NCBI RefSeq assembly: GCF_036588685.1
Contig: NC_086379.1
Coordinates: forward strand, 28,024,001 to 28,088,000
Source of the DNA: Mytilus trossulus
Lineage: Eukaryota
Direction: 5' to 3'
Length of the DNA stretch: 64,000 nucleotides
Shown: piece by piece, positions 25,321 to 39,430 of the stretch
Layout: every line of letters begins with the position of its first letter
Position numbering within the stretch: the stretch's first letter is position 1
Program-made: the position numbers and the translations under genes
Notes under the pieces: model-generated
Seen by the model: only the letters and a program-made list of their open reading frames with translations
What the model was told of the DNA's origin: nothing
Database searches by the model: none

Positions 25321-27004
25321 CGAAAACTTTTATTATTTGAATTTATCACAGTGCGACTGGTTTCGAAAAAGTGTTAATCATGAAAATTATTCCATTTATG
25401 AAAACGAAAGTTCTCAACTTTTTTCGTTATTAACGTTTATCTTTTAGATTCCACAATAAATTCCTGTCGTATACATATATCTTCGAATGTATATTATTTC
25501 GTTTTGTGCAGTATTATAAAATGACAGTCCAAGGGTTATGTAAAGGGTATTGGATAATACAAAATATGTACAACCAAGTTAAATATATACAAACAAAAAT
25601 ACAGAAACCTCTCTATTGTTTCTTTAATTTTTTTTTAATTTCTAACTGTATGAGATGATGTAACCAAAGTATGTCACTTTCATTAAAATCATTATTAAGT
25701 TTCCCTTTCATTATTTACACGATGAGGAATTCAACGACTTTAAAAACTGAATACACTAAAACTTCACAACTGGAAGAACATGAACGGAGATTGACAAAAG
25801 CTCTATTTGAAGCTACATTCAAAATTGGTGAACCGTCTCTCATCATATCATTAAACAGTTGTTTTCTTTTCAACAGTATATAAGAAAAACTTATGAATAG
25901 CAAATTGAATAATCTTACATGTTAAATTATATATTTTACCACTATAGATTGATGTGAATTATGAAATTAGTAGTTATTAAAATTTAAATTGTACATCTCG
26001 TCCGTAGTTCTGTTTGAGTGATGAGTTAAACTTTTATAATTCGATTAAATATATATGGAAAACCTTTTGATAAGTTTGTAATAGTTTATTGTTGTATCTT
26101 ATTTGTACTTATGATTTTAATACTGACTTTAAAATACAGTTGAGAAGATTGTGTAGACAAGGACAACACCTATTTTTGAGCATCGCTTCACAACTTCATA
26201 TTCTTAATAGCTGTTGTAATCAGATGACAAGGCCACGTTTATAAAACTACTTAGAAACCAAGTTATACTTTCCTAGACAATGTTGACCATAAGTTATTAC
26301 AAAGCTCGGCTTTTGGTTATCCTTTTTGTCCTTTTTTGGTTTATTGTTTTTAATAAGTAATGGATTTTCAAATATGTTGGCCTAAATCATCACGAGACAT
26401 TTGTTGTCGAAATGCACATCTGGTGCAATAATCGATACTGTTCATAATGTTTTCAATGGTGAGGAGATATATTCATAAACTTCAATGTGCGCTAGTAGAT
26501 TAAAATGGTAAATATTTGCCCAAATAAATTATCAGCATGATCCAGAATTGCAACTTGCTTGTTAAATTCAATAATAAAATCATCATAGATACGGATTTAA
26601 AAATATATACAAAAGAAATAAAATGGTTTCTTGAATTACAGTTTCAGCTTGGAAGGCCTTGGACCACCATTTAAAAAAGTAAAGCACGTAATGGATGAGT
26701 AAAACGTCAATAGATAGCATGAAATCAAGAAGGACATAAGCAGTATTAATTAACCAGCATGAAACATACTAAGGTTGGGAGGATATAAATAATTGATTGT
26801 AAATGGAGGAAGTCACTACTTTTATTGTTCATACATAAAGGCAACAGTAGTACATCGCTGTTCAAAAGTCATAAATCGCTTTAGAAAAAAAATAATCTGG
26901 ACCACAAACCAGACCAAGGAAAACACATCAATCATGAGAGGAAAACAACGAAACAACAGAAACACTGGAGTGAAACAAAAATCAAACGACAAAGCAACGT
27001 ACAG

Positions 27005-27049
27005 CCATAGATGTAATACCCATAGATGTAATACCCATAGATGTAATTA
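27005..27049. repeat. 15-bp tandem repeat x3 (ccatagatgtaatac)
   Basis: Direct reading. Confidence 0.9.
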
Positions 27050-28350
27050 CATCTATGATACAACCATTAAAACATGCAAGCGTCGGCGTACTAAATTATA
27101 ATCTTTGTACCTTTGATAACTATTCAAATGTGTTATGGCAACGAGTACAGACCGATGAAGCCAGACCACATTTAATGGTATATGCTTCTCTAAAGACAGG
27201 AATATACTTGGATCCGCCTCTGGATTTTTCTTTTAAGAATATTGTGATGTTTTGGCGGTATTTCATTGTTTATAATGAGGTCATCACTTTTAAAAAATTG
27301 ACATGCTACTGTTCGCTGATAGCAACAGCGCGCCGTTAATATGATTGTTCAACACTCAATTCTACTACTCATTGAACTTCAAACATTCTAGTGTTTAAGG
27401 TTTCAGGAATAAGGAAAACATAACTTTCCCTCGTGTAAACCATATAGAATAACTATAATTTATGTTAATTTCAATATGTATCAACGTAGAAACAAAGTCT
27501 GTGATCCTTGTTTTTAATTGAAATTTGAAGTTCATTTAGAACTGTAAGAAAAAACTGTCGAAAAAAAATTTGGTCACTCAAGCTACCTCAAACACAGAAA
27601 TAGATCCGTTACAGATTGATGTGCATTGTTTATCGCTTGCTCCAGCAGTCCAATGTTCTAGGCATGAAATATCTATTTTACGAGAGCTTATATTATATAG
27701 ACTTGCTACATGTCCCTTCCTAATTATGTTTTTTTTTGCAATGTTGCTCTTTTAACAATTTTACTGCTATAACTAGGAGATTACCATTTAATTATACTGA
27801 CATCTGCAGGAGGAAGACTTTCTCCAAGGGCAATCAGTTGGGACAACATCCCTAATGCGCCTCGAAATGAGGAACTTCAAAAGTCACGTGTAAAGAAAAA
27901 ATCTCTGTGTAGTGATATCGGACATGTTTCTATTTTTTACAAATGACTGATCTTATTCATTTGTGGTGATTAGGAAACTAGAGGAACATAGAATAAATGT
28001 ATAGAAACAATGGAGCTAATAAATGTGTTCAAAGTATTAAATTTTCAAAGAACTTAGTGTGTTAAAAAGGGTATATTTTACCTCATGGAGCCGCATCACG
28101 AAAGGATGTTCGGAGTATGCTAATTTACGGAAAAAGTAATCTCACTTCGTATCCTGAAAATTTAACTACATATGTGAAAATGTCACAGCTTCGAAACGAG
28201 CTATCATACATATCCAAGATTACGATATGGACTGAGCTACAGGGAAAAAAGTTACCATTACAGCCTATGTAAAAAACAATTAAAGATATTGACCAAGTTA
28301 TCCGTAAACATATAAATTAGTAAGAAATAAATAAAAGAAAGGGAATACTT

Positions 28351-28431
28351 AGTATTGAAATTGAGAACACAGAACTTATCATTGGAATTGAGAACACAGA
28401 ACTTTATAGTATTGGAATTGAGAACACGCAA
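28351..28431. repeat. ~28-bp tandem repeat x3 (tattggaattgagaacacagaactt)
   Basis: Direct reading. Confidence 0.85.
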
Positions 28432-28984
28432 TTAGAGGAGTAAACTGAACAGAAATATGCGACAAATTGATTTAAGTTATGGCGAGGAAACGATTGTTGC
28501 TAAAATGGTGATATAACCCTAAGAAACTAAGAAAACAAGGGGGAATTATATCTTTATCTTACAGTAATCTTTGCTTGTTTTAACATGCTGAAACAACACT
28601 TAAGTAAGAATCATCTATCTTTACTTAAAAGGTTAAGTTAACTACATGTTGGATGAACTGCCCCCATAGTTTAAATGTTAAGAAACTTTGTGAATCATGA
28701 AAATGTGACGAAAACTGGCCTTTTAAAATACACTACTTGACACACAACATAACTACTAGTAAGACAAAGTCGATAACCAACTTCAGTATTTTAGGAATCA
28801 ACACCACAGTTCTATGGTCACAATGAGGCTGGCATTTTCATAACTAGAAGACAACCGTAAATCAGAAGTGATCTATATCTACATCTCCATCTATACTATT
28901 GATCTGCAGTGGAAATCCATAACGCAGATACTGCTGTACAAACGTCAACCTGCGTGCTCAGTATTTACAAGATCAATTAAAATT

Positions 28985-29480
28985 GGATAAAAACAGGTGG
29001 TTTCTGTTTACAGCTGCAGTCTCCGAAGTTGCTCCTTGAAGCATTCCAGAGATGTAGCTTGGAAGGCTTCAAGAGGCAGGCTGTTCCAGTCGCTGATGGT
29101 GCATGGTATGTAGCTGCATATGTGGATTTTTCTGGATGGTATTGTCTTGTTGAAGTAGATGGTCTTCTCAAGTATGATGGTATGGTGACTGCCGCCTCTC
29201 CATGTGTTGTTTTGTAGAACATGCGTAGTCTACTGGATTTCCGTCTAGATTCTAACGTTTGCCATTCTAGGGTTTTCATGATGTTGGTAACTGTCCCTGG
29301 TTCTCGACTGTCGCAAATCTGGCAGCTCTTCTTTGGACCATTTCGAGTATAGGGAGTCGATGAGATGTTTTCGATACGGATCCGTTACTGCAGAGGCGTA
29401 CTCGAGATGTGGGCGTACTAGCGATGTATAGGCCTGCGCTTTGATGTCTTGTGGACACTTCGAGATATTACGTCTTAGGT
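28985..29480 (-). mobile_element. L2/CR1-type LINE, 3' end of ORF2, degenerate
   Basis: LEMVQRRAARF and LEWQTLESRRKSSRLRMFYK are typical post-RT motifs; broken by frameshifts. Confidence 0.85.
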
Positions 29481-32400
29481 ATATGATGTGTGTATAACAG
29501 GCAAAAATCGATAAACAGTTTTAAAATCCGGCAATCTTGCTACCAACTAAATATCATGAAAAAAGTAAAAAGGAGGGCGAAATTGACGTATAAACTTCCA
29601 GCAAGACAATAATTATATAACCGTAAAAAAGATAATCCAAGATTTGTATGTAATGTATGTTATAAAACATAAGCATTTTTATCATTCTACAGAAATTCAA
29701 ACGTTATACTCTTGAATACTTGGACAGTTTACAAGATCACTAATTGATAAGCCTAGTAGATTTGATTAGTTGTTTTTTTTAAAAGATTTTTTATGTCAAG
29801 TAGGACCGGAACTTACTCTTCCGGAGCAACCAAGATCACCCTCGATGTTGTGTGGGATTCTTGTGCTTCAAAGATATAGAATTGAGGCAACCAGTTTACC
29901 GAAACCAACCGTACGTTGCACGAGGCCGAAAATACAATTGAAACAAGGCAACAAAACCCGATCTGAAACCATGCAGTGTTCTGAGAGTGACAGCGTAACA
30001 TATTGCCACCTTCTAAATTATCTACAACAAAATACTAAAACAGTGGCATGCGAACATTCGTAACAAAGAAGTACGCTAAACCATTAAATCCCATTTTAGA
30101 AGATTTACCACCAAGTAGCCACAGCTCTGTCGTCTGGTTAACAACAGATAAAGACGATTTAGTCACTCTATAAATACCCTGCAACAGCAATGCAATACCT
30201 TGTCTTTCGAATACAGCTTTTATTAAAAAATATTCTGTCAAGCCTGAAAAAATTCAAGTAATTGTCGCATCAAACACCGACATACTCTAGGAAAAACTAG
30301 CGGCTTTAAGCAGCTCTTCCATTCTGGGGTCAGGAATACAATAAGGCAACAGAAGATCATTTTTATATCCTGTACAAATATTTTTTTCAGTTATTACACC
30401 TTGACTATTTCTTGTAGCTTGTGGTACAGCATCAGCGTCAGGAAAAATATATAATTTGTTTATATTTCTATGCGTTGTTCAGAATCTGTCAACACAGACA
30501 ACTGACGATGCCTTGTTATTAACTTATCAGACAACTTTTCAAAGTATAAAAACATCACTTGCAAACCAAAAACACATCTTGGGCTTTCTTAATCGAAATT
30601 GAAAATAGAATCAGGAATAATCATAAACCGTTATAGGTATATAAAACTACAGTAAAATCTTATCTAGAAAATTGCTTATCAGTTTGGTGCCCGAACATTC
30701 AAAAACAGATATGAACGGTGTTTTTTCGGTACTAACCTACGATTAAACCAGAAACAATAAGGGTATTTTTATGTATTATATGCCTCTGATTACCATGCAT
30801 CGAGGATTTTTTTTTATAACTGACATATACAGTCAGTTAAAAAAATATATTTTATTCTTTAATTATGCATACATGTAGAATTAGACTAGCTGATTTTAGA
30901 ATTAATTGCAGCTGCATGTTTAGCCATGATATAATTTCATTGCAACAAAATGGATGCCGTCAATATTTCAAGTTATTTTGTTTATTTCTTGTAATAAATT
31001 CTTACTACTTATTTATTTACTAATCAATGTTTTAAAAAGATCATATGTCTCTTAAATATTGTCAGCTGTTTTCCTATTTAACTATAAACGTCTGCTATAT
31101 CAGTAATTATTTTATTTTTTTATGTTGACAGTGTACATTATCGTAGTACTTTTCAAAAGTAAATATTAAATTTCATTCTTTCCAAAGAACCGGCAAAATA
31201 GCAAATTCACTTCTTAGTATATTAAATGCTGGTGCCGACAACTTAGCATTTTTTTAGAAAAATATTTTAATCAGAGCCGGCAAATTAGCCACTGTTTTTT
31301 ATGTACAATCAACGCCGGAAATTCGGAGCTTACCCGGAAGCACCTGTCTGATTCCGTCTTTTAAACAACTTCCTTGGTAAACAAAGCGGTTGTTTCAACA
31401 CCTGTAAACAAAAAATTTCGAAATGCATGTAACAATTCTAGAAAAACTATGTCAAAACTAAGGTGAGTTGAAGAAATAACCATCGTAACACCGGAAAGAT
31501 TAATTTGCATATAAATTATATCCAGCTCTAATGACAAGGCAAGTTGGAAAAATTGGTGCCAATTGTGGACCCATTTTTTAACCTTTGCCGGTTTACCAAT
31601 ATTGTACATGCACAAATAGGAAAATAAAAGAAACAAATATACCTTCATTTTTGTTTTTAATGAAAGAACATACATGGTAACCGTTAATGACTGCAATTTA
31701 CCATGTAGCCTGATTTATTTATTATCATTTACAATGATTTACCTTTTGTTATTAGGATGGAGAGTTGTCTCATTGGCACTCACACCACATCTTCCTATAT
31801 CTATGTAAGTAATTATACTTTTCCTATTTACTACCCTCAAATGCATTTAAAAAAATTGGTGATTGATTCCAACAAAAGGAAGAAATAATAAACAAGATAT
31901 AACAAAATTTGCAAAATATAACTGTACTTTGTCTAGAATTATAACAAAAAAAACATTTACTTTGTTTATCCTTTGAAAATGACGCTCAATATTAAGTGTT
32001 ATCTGTTTGAAATTAATATACATGTATTTAGCAATAGGACACTAAAGTACATGTATAGTCTCCACTTAACTTTAAAATCTATAGCTCTGAAGCTCAGTTT
32101 TGGAACATTTTAGATAGATTCTGTTGGCCTGTAGAGATGAATTTTATTAATGACACAAAAAAAAATACTCAATTTTACAGGCCTAAGTTGCTGGCTAAGC
32201 TAGAAAACTGACAGTTGGTGTAGAAACAAGCTTAAAATTATAAAAAAAGGAAGATGTGGCATGATTGCCAATGAGACAACTCTCCACAAGAGACCAAAAT
32301 GACACAAAAATTAACATGAAATTATATGTCACTGTACGTTCTTCAAAAATGAGCAAAGCCCATACCGCATAATCAGATATAAAAGGCCCCAAAATGACAA

Positions 32401-32611
32401 AGTGAAACAATTCAAGCAAGAAAACTAACAACCTAATTTAAAAGTTTGTATTGCCGAATATAACTCATTTTATGGAGTATTGCCTATCCTGGGAAAACTG
32501 GAACCTAGGTCTTCCTGCCTGTGTAATACTTTGCAAACCCTTGATTTAAGAATTGTGGTTGAAGACCCTAACTTCCTTACGAGTCTATATTATTTAAAAC
32601 AAATGTATAAA

Positions 32612-33368
32612 AACTAGAGGCTCTAAAGAGCCTGTGTCGCTCACCTTGGTCTATGTGAATATTAAACAAAGGACGCAAATGGATTCATGACAAAATTGTG
32701 TTTTGGTGGTGGTGATGTGTTTGTACATCTTAATTTACTGAACATTCTTGCTGCTTACAATTATCTCTATCTATAATTAACTTGGCCCAGTAGTTTCAGA
32801 GGAGAAGATTTTTGTAAAAGATTACTTAGATTTACGAAAAAATGGTTAAAAATTGACTATAAAGGGCAATAAAAGGGGTCAACTGACAATTTTGGTCATG
32901 TTGACTTATTTGTAGATCTTTCTTTGCCGACATTTATTGTTTTTTACAGTTTATCTCTATCGATAATAATATTCAAGATAATAACCCAAAACAGCAAAAT
33001 TTCATTAAAATTACCAATTCAGGGGCAGCAACCTAACAACAGGTAGCTAAAAATGTGTGGCGTGACCCCCCCCAACCAACCAAGATGGCCACCACAGCTA
33101 AAAATAGAGCATAGGGGTAAATTGCGGTTTTAGCTTATAACTCAAAAACCAAAGCATTTAGAGCAAATCTGACCGAGTAAAATTGATTGACAGTTCGAGA
33201 TCTATCTGCCCTGAAATTTTCAGGTGAATCGGACAATTTGTTGTTTGGTTGCTGCCCCTGAATTGATAATTTTAAGGAATTTTTGCTGTTTTTGGTTATT
33301 ACACAATGTATCTTGAATATTATTATAGATAGAGATAAACTGTAAAAAGCGGGCAAGGTGAGCTAAAA
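32612..33368. mobile_element. Helentron/HINE-like element with an internal inverted segment
   Basis: aactagaggctctaaagagcct hairpin start and ggtgagctaaaa end; 32945-33035 is inverted at 33245-33345. Confidence 0.6.
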
Positions 33369-34413
33369 GAAAGGTTACATCCAAGAAATCCTAGCTAAAA
33401 AAATCCAGTAGACCTCCTACGGCACTCATCAGTAGTTAAAGATATGATTTCATTCAACAAATTAATTCAGGTCCTTTATGTACGTGTCGCTTAGAACACA
33501 GCCATATACCAAATGGTCAATATTAATCATCCATATGGGATATTTGCAGAATTTAAACGGAGGCAATTTCTTGGCATGAAACATGAAAGTCTGACAGACA
33601 ATGTGGAGATGCAATAACATATCATTTTTTAGCCATTAACAATATAAAATGAATTTGTGAGTGACCTTCATGTATATCTATAGATTCTGTTAAAAAGTAG
33701 CTTGTTTAATGCAGAAAATCTACAGTAAGATAAAAGAGAAAAATATTTCCAAAACCAGTAATATACATGTACGTTTCAATCCTAATCTAATTGAGTCTTT
33801 GTCCTAATTACCAGCCATGAGCAACACAGTGAGTTCAAAAAAAAGAGCAGAAACTGTTTTCCCTTTTGGAAAAAGTTATTTCCCTTCTTGTTTATTTTTT
33901 TTAGTGCTCAAAACTGCTCATGCTGCTCAATTTATAATATTCTGGTTAGTGCCTCATAATTCCATAAACTACATTATATTACATATTTTTTGTGTTCTTT
34001 TTTTTCACAAATGATTTTTGATTTCCCTTTGCTATTGTTTCTACTCTTCTTTAAAGATATATTTTATTATCTTAAAAATTGCAATTATAATGCCTTAAGA
34101 TTTGACAAAAATCAATATTTGATATTGAATTTTCCGTGCTCATTTACAGTTATTTCGAATCAGTGCCAGTTCTATACATTAAAAATTGCACTGTACATTG
34201 GTACATGTATATGTACATGAAAGATTATCGTCCTAAACATGCATGAAATATTTGCCACTGGAGGTTAAGCAACCAACAATCAATCAATTGAATTAGATTA
34301 GATTAATCATTTTTGGGTCATTTTCTACGGTTATTTCGGCTTTAAAGATAACACTTTATTTTTATTTTTACAGTTGCAGGCCTTGGTGAGGGATGTATAG
34401 TATATATTAGAAG

Positions 34414-35016
34414 ATGTGCAACGACGAAAATCGATCAAATGTGCTTTGTGGTATTTGCATCATAATAATTTTATTAGGATTAGGTATAACCCTGATTATT
34501 CTTGGAGGGACATTAGATATCATCGATTTGATCATTTTGGGGGGTATTTTTCTTGGTTTTGGTGCAATTTTATCCTCTTGCATAATTGTTCTTATAGTAA
34601 GACCTCTTTACAACAATAGAAAAATTGGGTATTCAGCAACCGACCTAAAACAAAATGGCATAAATCGACAAGAAAGCGCTGCATTCAGTCAGCATGGAGG
34701 TAGTGTTTTAATTCACGATGCGTACGCAGGCAGTGCTGATCGTCAGACTGTATCCAGTGTTATGCTTGTTATGAGACCAGGTACAACAGACTCAAGACGA
34801 TCAGATATGTTTCAGGCTAGAACTAGACAACATAGTGGAGCAAGTAGTCAAGCATCATTTGTAACAGCCCCTGATCAGAACAGAGATTCTCTAGTATCTG
34901 TTGATGTCGAAAAGGCAAAATCGTCTGACGATGAAATTTCAACAGAAGCAGCATCTAAGACAATGAAACATAAGGTAGCTTTCGAAGAAGAAAATAGTTA
35001 TGTGACTGAGTTTTAA
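34414..35016 (+). CDS. 200-aa two-TM membrane protein with a Ser-rich cytoplasmic tail (paralog A)
   Basis: Hydrophobic hairpin at about aa 10-62; splice acceptor at 34373 upstream of the ATG; ends VTEF. Confidence 0.85.
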   Translation: MCNDENRSNVLCGICIIIILLGLGITLIILGGTLDIIDLIILGGIFLGFGAILSSCIIVLIVRPLYNNRKIGYSATDLKQNGINRQESAAFSQHGGSVLIHDAYAGSADRQTVSSVMLVMRPGTTDSRRSDMFQARTRQHSGASSQASFVTAPDQNRDSLVSVDVEKAKSSDDEISTEAASKTMKHKVAFEEENSYVTEF

Positions 35017-37427
35017 TTTAGCATCATTTGATATTATTTTGATTTAGCATGTTGACATATTTTTAATACTCTTTTATATATTTGTACATCGTTGCAGCCT
35101 GATTGTTGTATATTTTAAATGATTTTGCACTCATGTTGTATTTTTTTTTAAAATGACGGGTTTACTTTGCTTTGTTTGTTGCATGGCAGAAATCCTAATT
35201 CTAGCTCATTTGTTTGTCTTGTCGAAATTTATGGAGGTTGTGAGCTTGCAGAAGCGCACCCACAACTTTTCTGGGAAACAATAGACAAGCAAACATATTA
35301 TTTTCAAGTAGAAACTGGTCATATGCTATAAGATGCTCACATATCTCGTGGTTAAGATTTCAAGGGTCATTATTTTTTTTACATGCTCGTGTTGCATCCT
35401 ATATTCAGTACGTGAAATTTAAACACACAACTTGGGTAGGTCGTTTTTTTCTCCTACGACTTTAAAGTTTAGTATAGCCTCGGGGGTTTTTGGACATTAC
35501 AATTTGTAAAAGAATAAATAAGGGGATGTATGAGACAAATATGTTAAATGCGGTTGCAGTAACAGTCGTGTGTTGTATCCTCAGTCCCTTTTCAGTTACA
35601 ACGATTATTTCAAGACAATCATATATTGGCTAGCAGACACAGATTTTTTTCTAACAGTTGCTTGTTCGCCACAAAATCATGATTATAAACAAATATCAGT
35701 GTTGATTAAAAAGCTAAGAATTTTCCGATTCGTAAATGCATGCATTTTCCTGCGTTCTATTGTTATATAAAGTACCAACGATTATGATCATTGAAATACT
35801 TAAACAGTATTATAAAATTTATATTGCAAATGAAGGTCTCCTTGACTTGTAATGTCATATTATTGCAATGAAAATATTTAAATAGTAAGTGTTAAATTGT
35901 TGACATATTTATAAAATAAGAGTAACAACGTCCGACCTCGTTTACCAAACATTTGAAATGAGGCATTCTTTGTACTTTTGCATTCTCTTTTTTTTTTTAT
36001 TATATCTTGTATGCGCTGATTTTGAAAACAATGTAATATGCTTGAAAATAATTTTGATAGAAAAAAACGAAATCTTAATCATGATTGTTTCTGAATATAT
36101 ATATTTTTTTATATTGTGTTTGTCTCTCATGAACGAAGTAAATAAAAGCGTGAATTCGACGTGCAGCGTCAGTGGCGTGTCAACAATGTATTCGTTTGTG
36201 ATTGTGCCATTTTATATAATATTTGGTTTGCAGTGGTAATCGCATTAGTATCCCTCATTTAGACTGAAACAAGTTGACCCGTAGCGTCAACTGCTGAAGC
36301 ATAGGTCCATTGACTTTCAAACTTTAAATGGCATTTTATGGATACCGGTAATATTTTGTAATGTTTAATTTTGTGTTTATGTCAAGTATATTGTATTTCC
36401 CGGTCTTAATGTTTTTGGAAAGTTGACATGTAAAAGTAAATACCATTTTCGTTTCAACATTTACATTATACTATTACATAAAGGCGAGACATGTCAACAA
36501 TTGAATATTTTTTAATACATGTCGCATAAGAAATATTGTATGAGTTTTGAGTACTGTACCAGTTGTGATATAATGCGTCCTTTATTACAAAAATTGTATA
36601 TTCTCTCAGGTGAGATATATGTCTTTCATTGAAAACAATGACTGTGTATTGCAGGGTATTTATAACGTTGTGTGTTACTGTATCAAATACTTTCTATATC
36701 GAACCTATGTGATTATGATAACTTATAGCTATCTATTGAAATCATGGAAACCAGATGGAAACTAAATTAAAGTGCTAAATTCAAAAGAATTTGATCGCCA
36801 ATTTCTGTAAATGTGTGTTCTACGGAGTAGAACTTGATTTTGTAGAATTTCATGTTCATTGTCAATTAAATTGATCTTCTAGTTTTCATTATTAAGATCT
36901 TTTTTATTGTTTTAATTAATAAAATGAAAAAAATAATAAAGTACGAAAAGTGTAAAAGATTAAATAGTACATAACAAAGAACACAAATGTGATACAACAT
37001 AAATTAAACAATTATTCACATGAATTACCTCTAAAATATTTTACTGTTTACAAACACTTAATTGTGACAGTTATATTTTGTTAAAACATTCCATGACTAT
37101 TATATGTTGTATCTTTTTTTTTTTTTTATTAATTTTTAGATATTTATATAATTTTTTTCGTTATGATTGTATTTATTAATGATCTGATCTATTATTTAAA
37201 ATCTTTTCCAGATATATATTTATAACAAATTCTTTACGAAATAAATTTACATTGCACATCTTGTATTAATTGTCAATTTTAGTAGTGAAGTATAAAAATA
37301 AAAAGATATGGTTTGATTGCCAATGAGACTATTATATCACAAATTTCCACCAAGGACCAAACGATATAGATGTGAGCATCGTTGGGTCATTCTACGGTAT
37401 TCAAGAATAACAAAGAGCAAACCACAT

Positions 37428-37590
37428 CAGGCCCGTAGCCAGGAATTTCCAAGGGGGGGGGGGGGGGGGGGGGGGGTCGTTGGACTCACAAACTCGACTT
37501 TAACGGTCACAATTCGAACAAAACATTGACTTTAACAGTGCTTATTTGTTTTCAAGGGGGGTCGTCCGAACCCCCCTGGCTACGGGTATG
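37428..37590. mobile_element. MITE with CAG...ATG ends and 5-bp TSD CACAT
   Basis: caggcccgtagccagg ... cctggctacgggtatg with CACAT on both flanks. Confidence 0.8.
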
Positions 37591-38049
37591 CACATATCGA
37601 ACACCAAAATGAAAGAACTAATCATGCATTTCAACTAAATGGAAACAAAATGTAATAGACAGTGATGAGAGACAACTACTGCCCGAACGTTCCTGTCTTG
37701 ATTATTATAATTATACAGTATAACAGGGCATTATATAATATTAAAACTACCCTAAGCACTTATTTTAATTTGTTTACTTTCTCATGACACATGAAGATAA
37801 CTTCTGCGACATCTTCAGACGATTTTTGTGTTTTTCATGAATTCTTATAAATTAGAACAACTTGAAACATGGCCATAAAACAATGAAGAATAGCAATTTA
37901 AATATTTCGCTTTTTTGTGATTTGAGGAAACACGATGTCTCGGCTTACTTTTATATGAAAACGGACATTTTTGCCTAGTTTGCGATATTTATATCACGAA
38001 ATCGAGACATGTCGATCTTAGTTTAGGCCAGTTAAGTCTGTCGTATAAG

Positions 38050-38700
38050 TTTCTCGCCGGGCCCGAAGGTCCCAATGTGAGCTTAAGACATAACTTGTCG
38101 CCCGTCGTCGTTGTCAACTATTTCAAGATTCTTCTCAAGAAATTTCTGGGCTAAATGACTTCAAACTTTAATTGAATTTTCTTGAGGGTATCGTGTTTTT
38201 TTGTAGTTTTCAAACAATAACTTGATTTAAGTGTACGAATCTCTCTGAAATTATACCACAAGTTTCCATACCATGCATGGAGGGATGGTTAGAAACTACT
38301 TTGGGGGATTATATGGCTCAAAAAGTTTTGGAATTGGGGGCTAAAAAGTGCGAAATAAGGGATAAAAAGGGGAAAACTAGGTTTTCCGGACTTTAGATTT
38401 AATGAATGGATTTCTAAAATTTTTTACCAGAAGGTTAAATACCACTAAAGGAAGGTTGGGAGTGATTTCGGGAGTTTAGGAATTAGGGGCCAAAAAAGGG
38501 GGCCCTAAATAAGCATTTTAGTAGTTTTCAAACAATAACTTGTGTGTTAGGTGAACGAATCTCTCTAAAATTATACCACAAGTTACCATACCATTAAGGA
38601 ATGGTTAGTAATGAGTTTGGGGGGTTATGGCTAAAAAAATTCTGGAATTAGGGGCAAAAAAGGGGGAAACTAGGTTTTCTGGTCAATGAATAATTAAAAC
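38050..38700. repeat. Element carrying ~160-bp internal satellite-like units; same family as 46040-47240
   Basis: gtagttttcaaacaataacttg...aatctctct.aaattataccacaagtt recurs at about 38203 and 38521; shared ggaattaggggccaaaaa motif. Confidence 0.65.
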
Positions 38701-38805
38701 AGTGTAAGGAAGTTGATTTTTCTGTCTCATTTTACGTATTTTACTGATAGATAGACCGAGTTTTTCAGTTAACATTTACCACCATGACGTTTTAGTTGGA
38801 GATTT

Positions 38806-39430
38806 ATAGGTTTCATAACGAGTGAGAATTAGATATCGCTTGATATCAACTCGAGTTATTTAATTTCAATATAATAATAAACGAGCCTGTGGCGAGTTTG
38901 TTATTACTATTTAAATTAAATAAAGAGAGTTGATATCAAACGATATCTAATTCTCCCGAGTTGTGAAACCTATTTCTCTTATGGTAAACATGCTTTTTGT
39001 GCTTAATAAAAAAAATCCGCGAAACGTAGACCCAGTCGCTTGAACATAACTGCATTGAGACGTCATATGTCCTGTTCGTCGTCAATCTTCAACATAAGAC
39101 TTTTTGAAACATTTTGTACGCTTCAGAATGTAATAATATTTGAATAAGAATATATAATAAGGTGAAAAGTGTGCGTATTTTCTATATTATTGAAGAAATC
39201 GCTTATCTCCGTTGCAATGGAGGAAATGTACATCATTGTGACCTTTAACTGTCAACAATGACCTAAAGAATAGCCAATGAAAATGCCGCAATATCGTTAC
39301 AGGAGGTTTCGTTGGCCAATCAAATTAACGCATTTTTCGTATCACTTTTTCGTATCACACTCCGGACAGTGTGATACGAGAATTATCTATTCATTCGAGA
39401 AATAGATAACAGGCCCCAACCATAAGAGAA
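38806..39430. mobile_element. Composite element: 168-bp hairpin followed by a 457-bp segment bounded by a 12-bp IR
   Basis: Hairpin at 38806-38973; ttctcttatggt (38974) / accataagagaa (39419). Confidence 0.7.

Noticed and set aside
26385-26430. Functional hammerhead ribozyme
   Set aside because: Same family as 8601-8643 but the CUGAAGA core is deleted; it is only a remnant. The same applies to the scrap near 23968-24005.
33817-33834. ATG-containing upstream exon extending two-TM paralog A
   Set aside because: Splicing ACA|GTGAGT to 34374 reaches TAG before the main ATG; at most a 5'UTR exon with a uORF.
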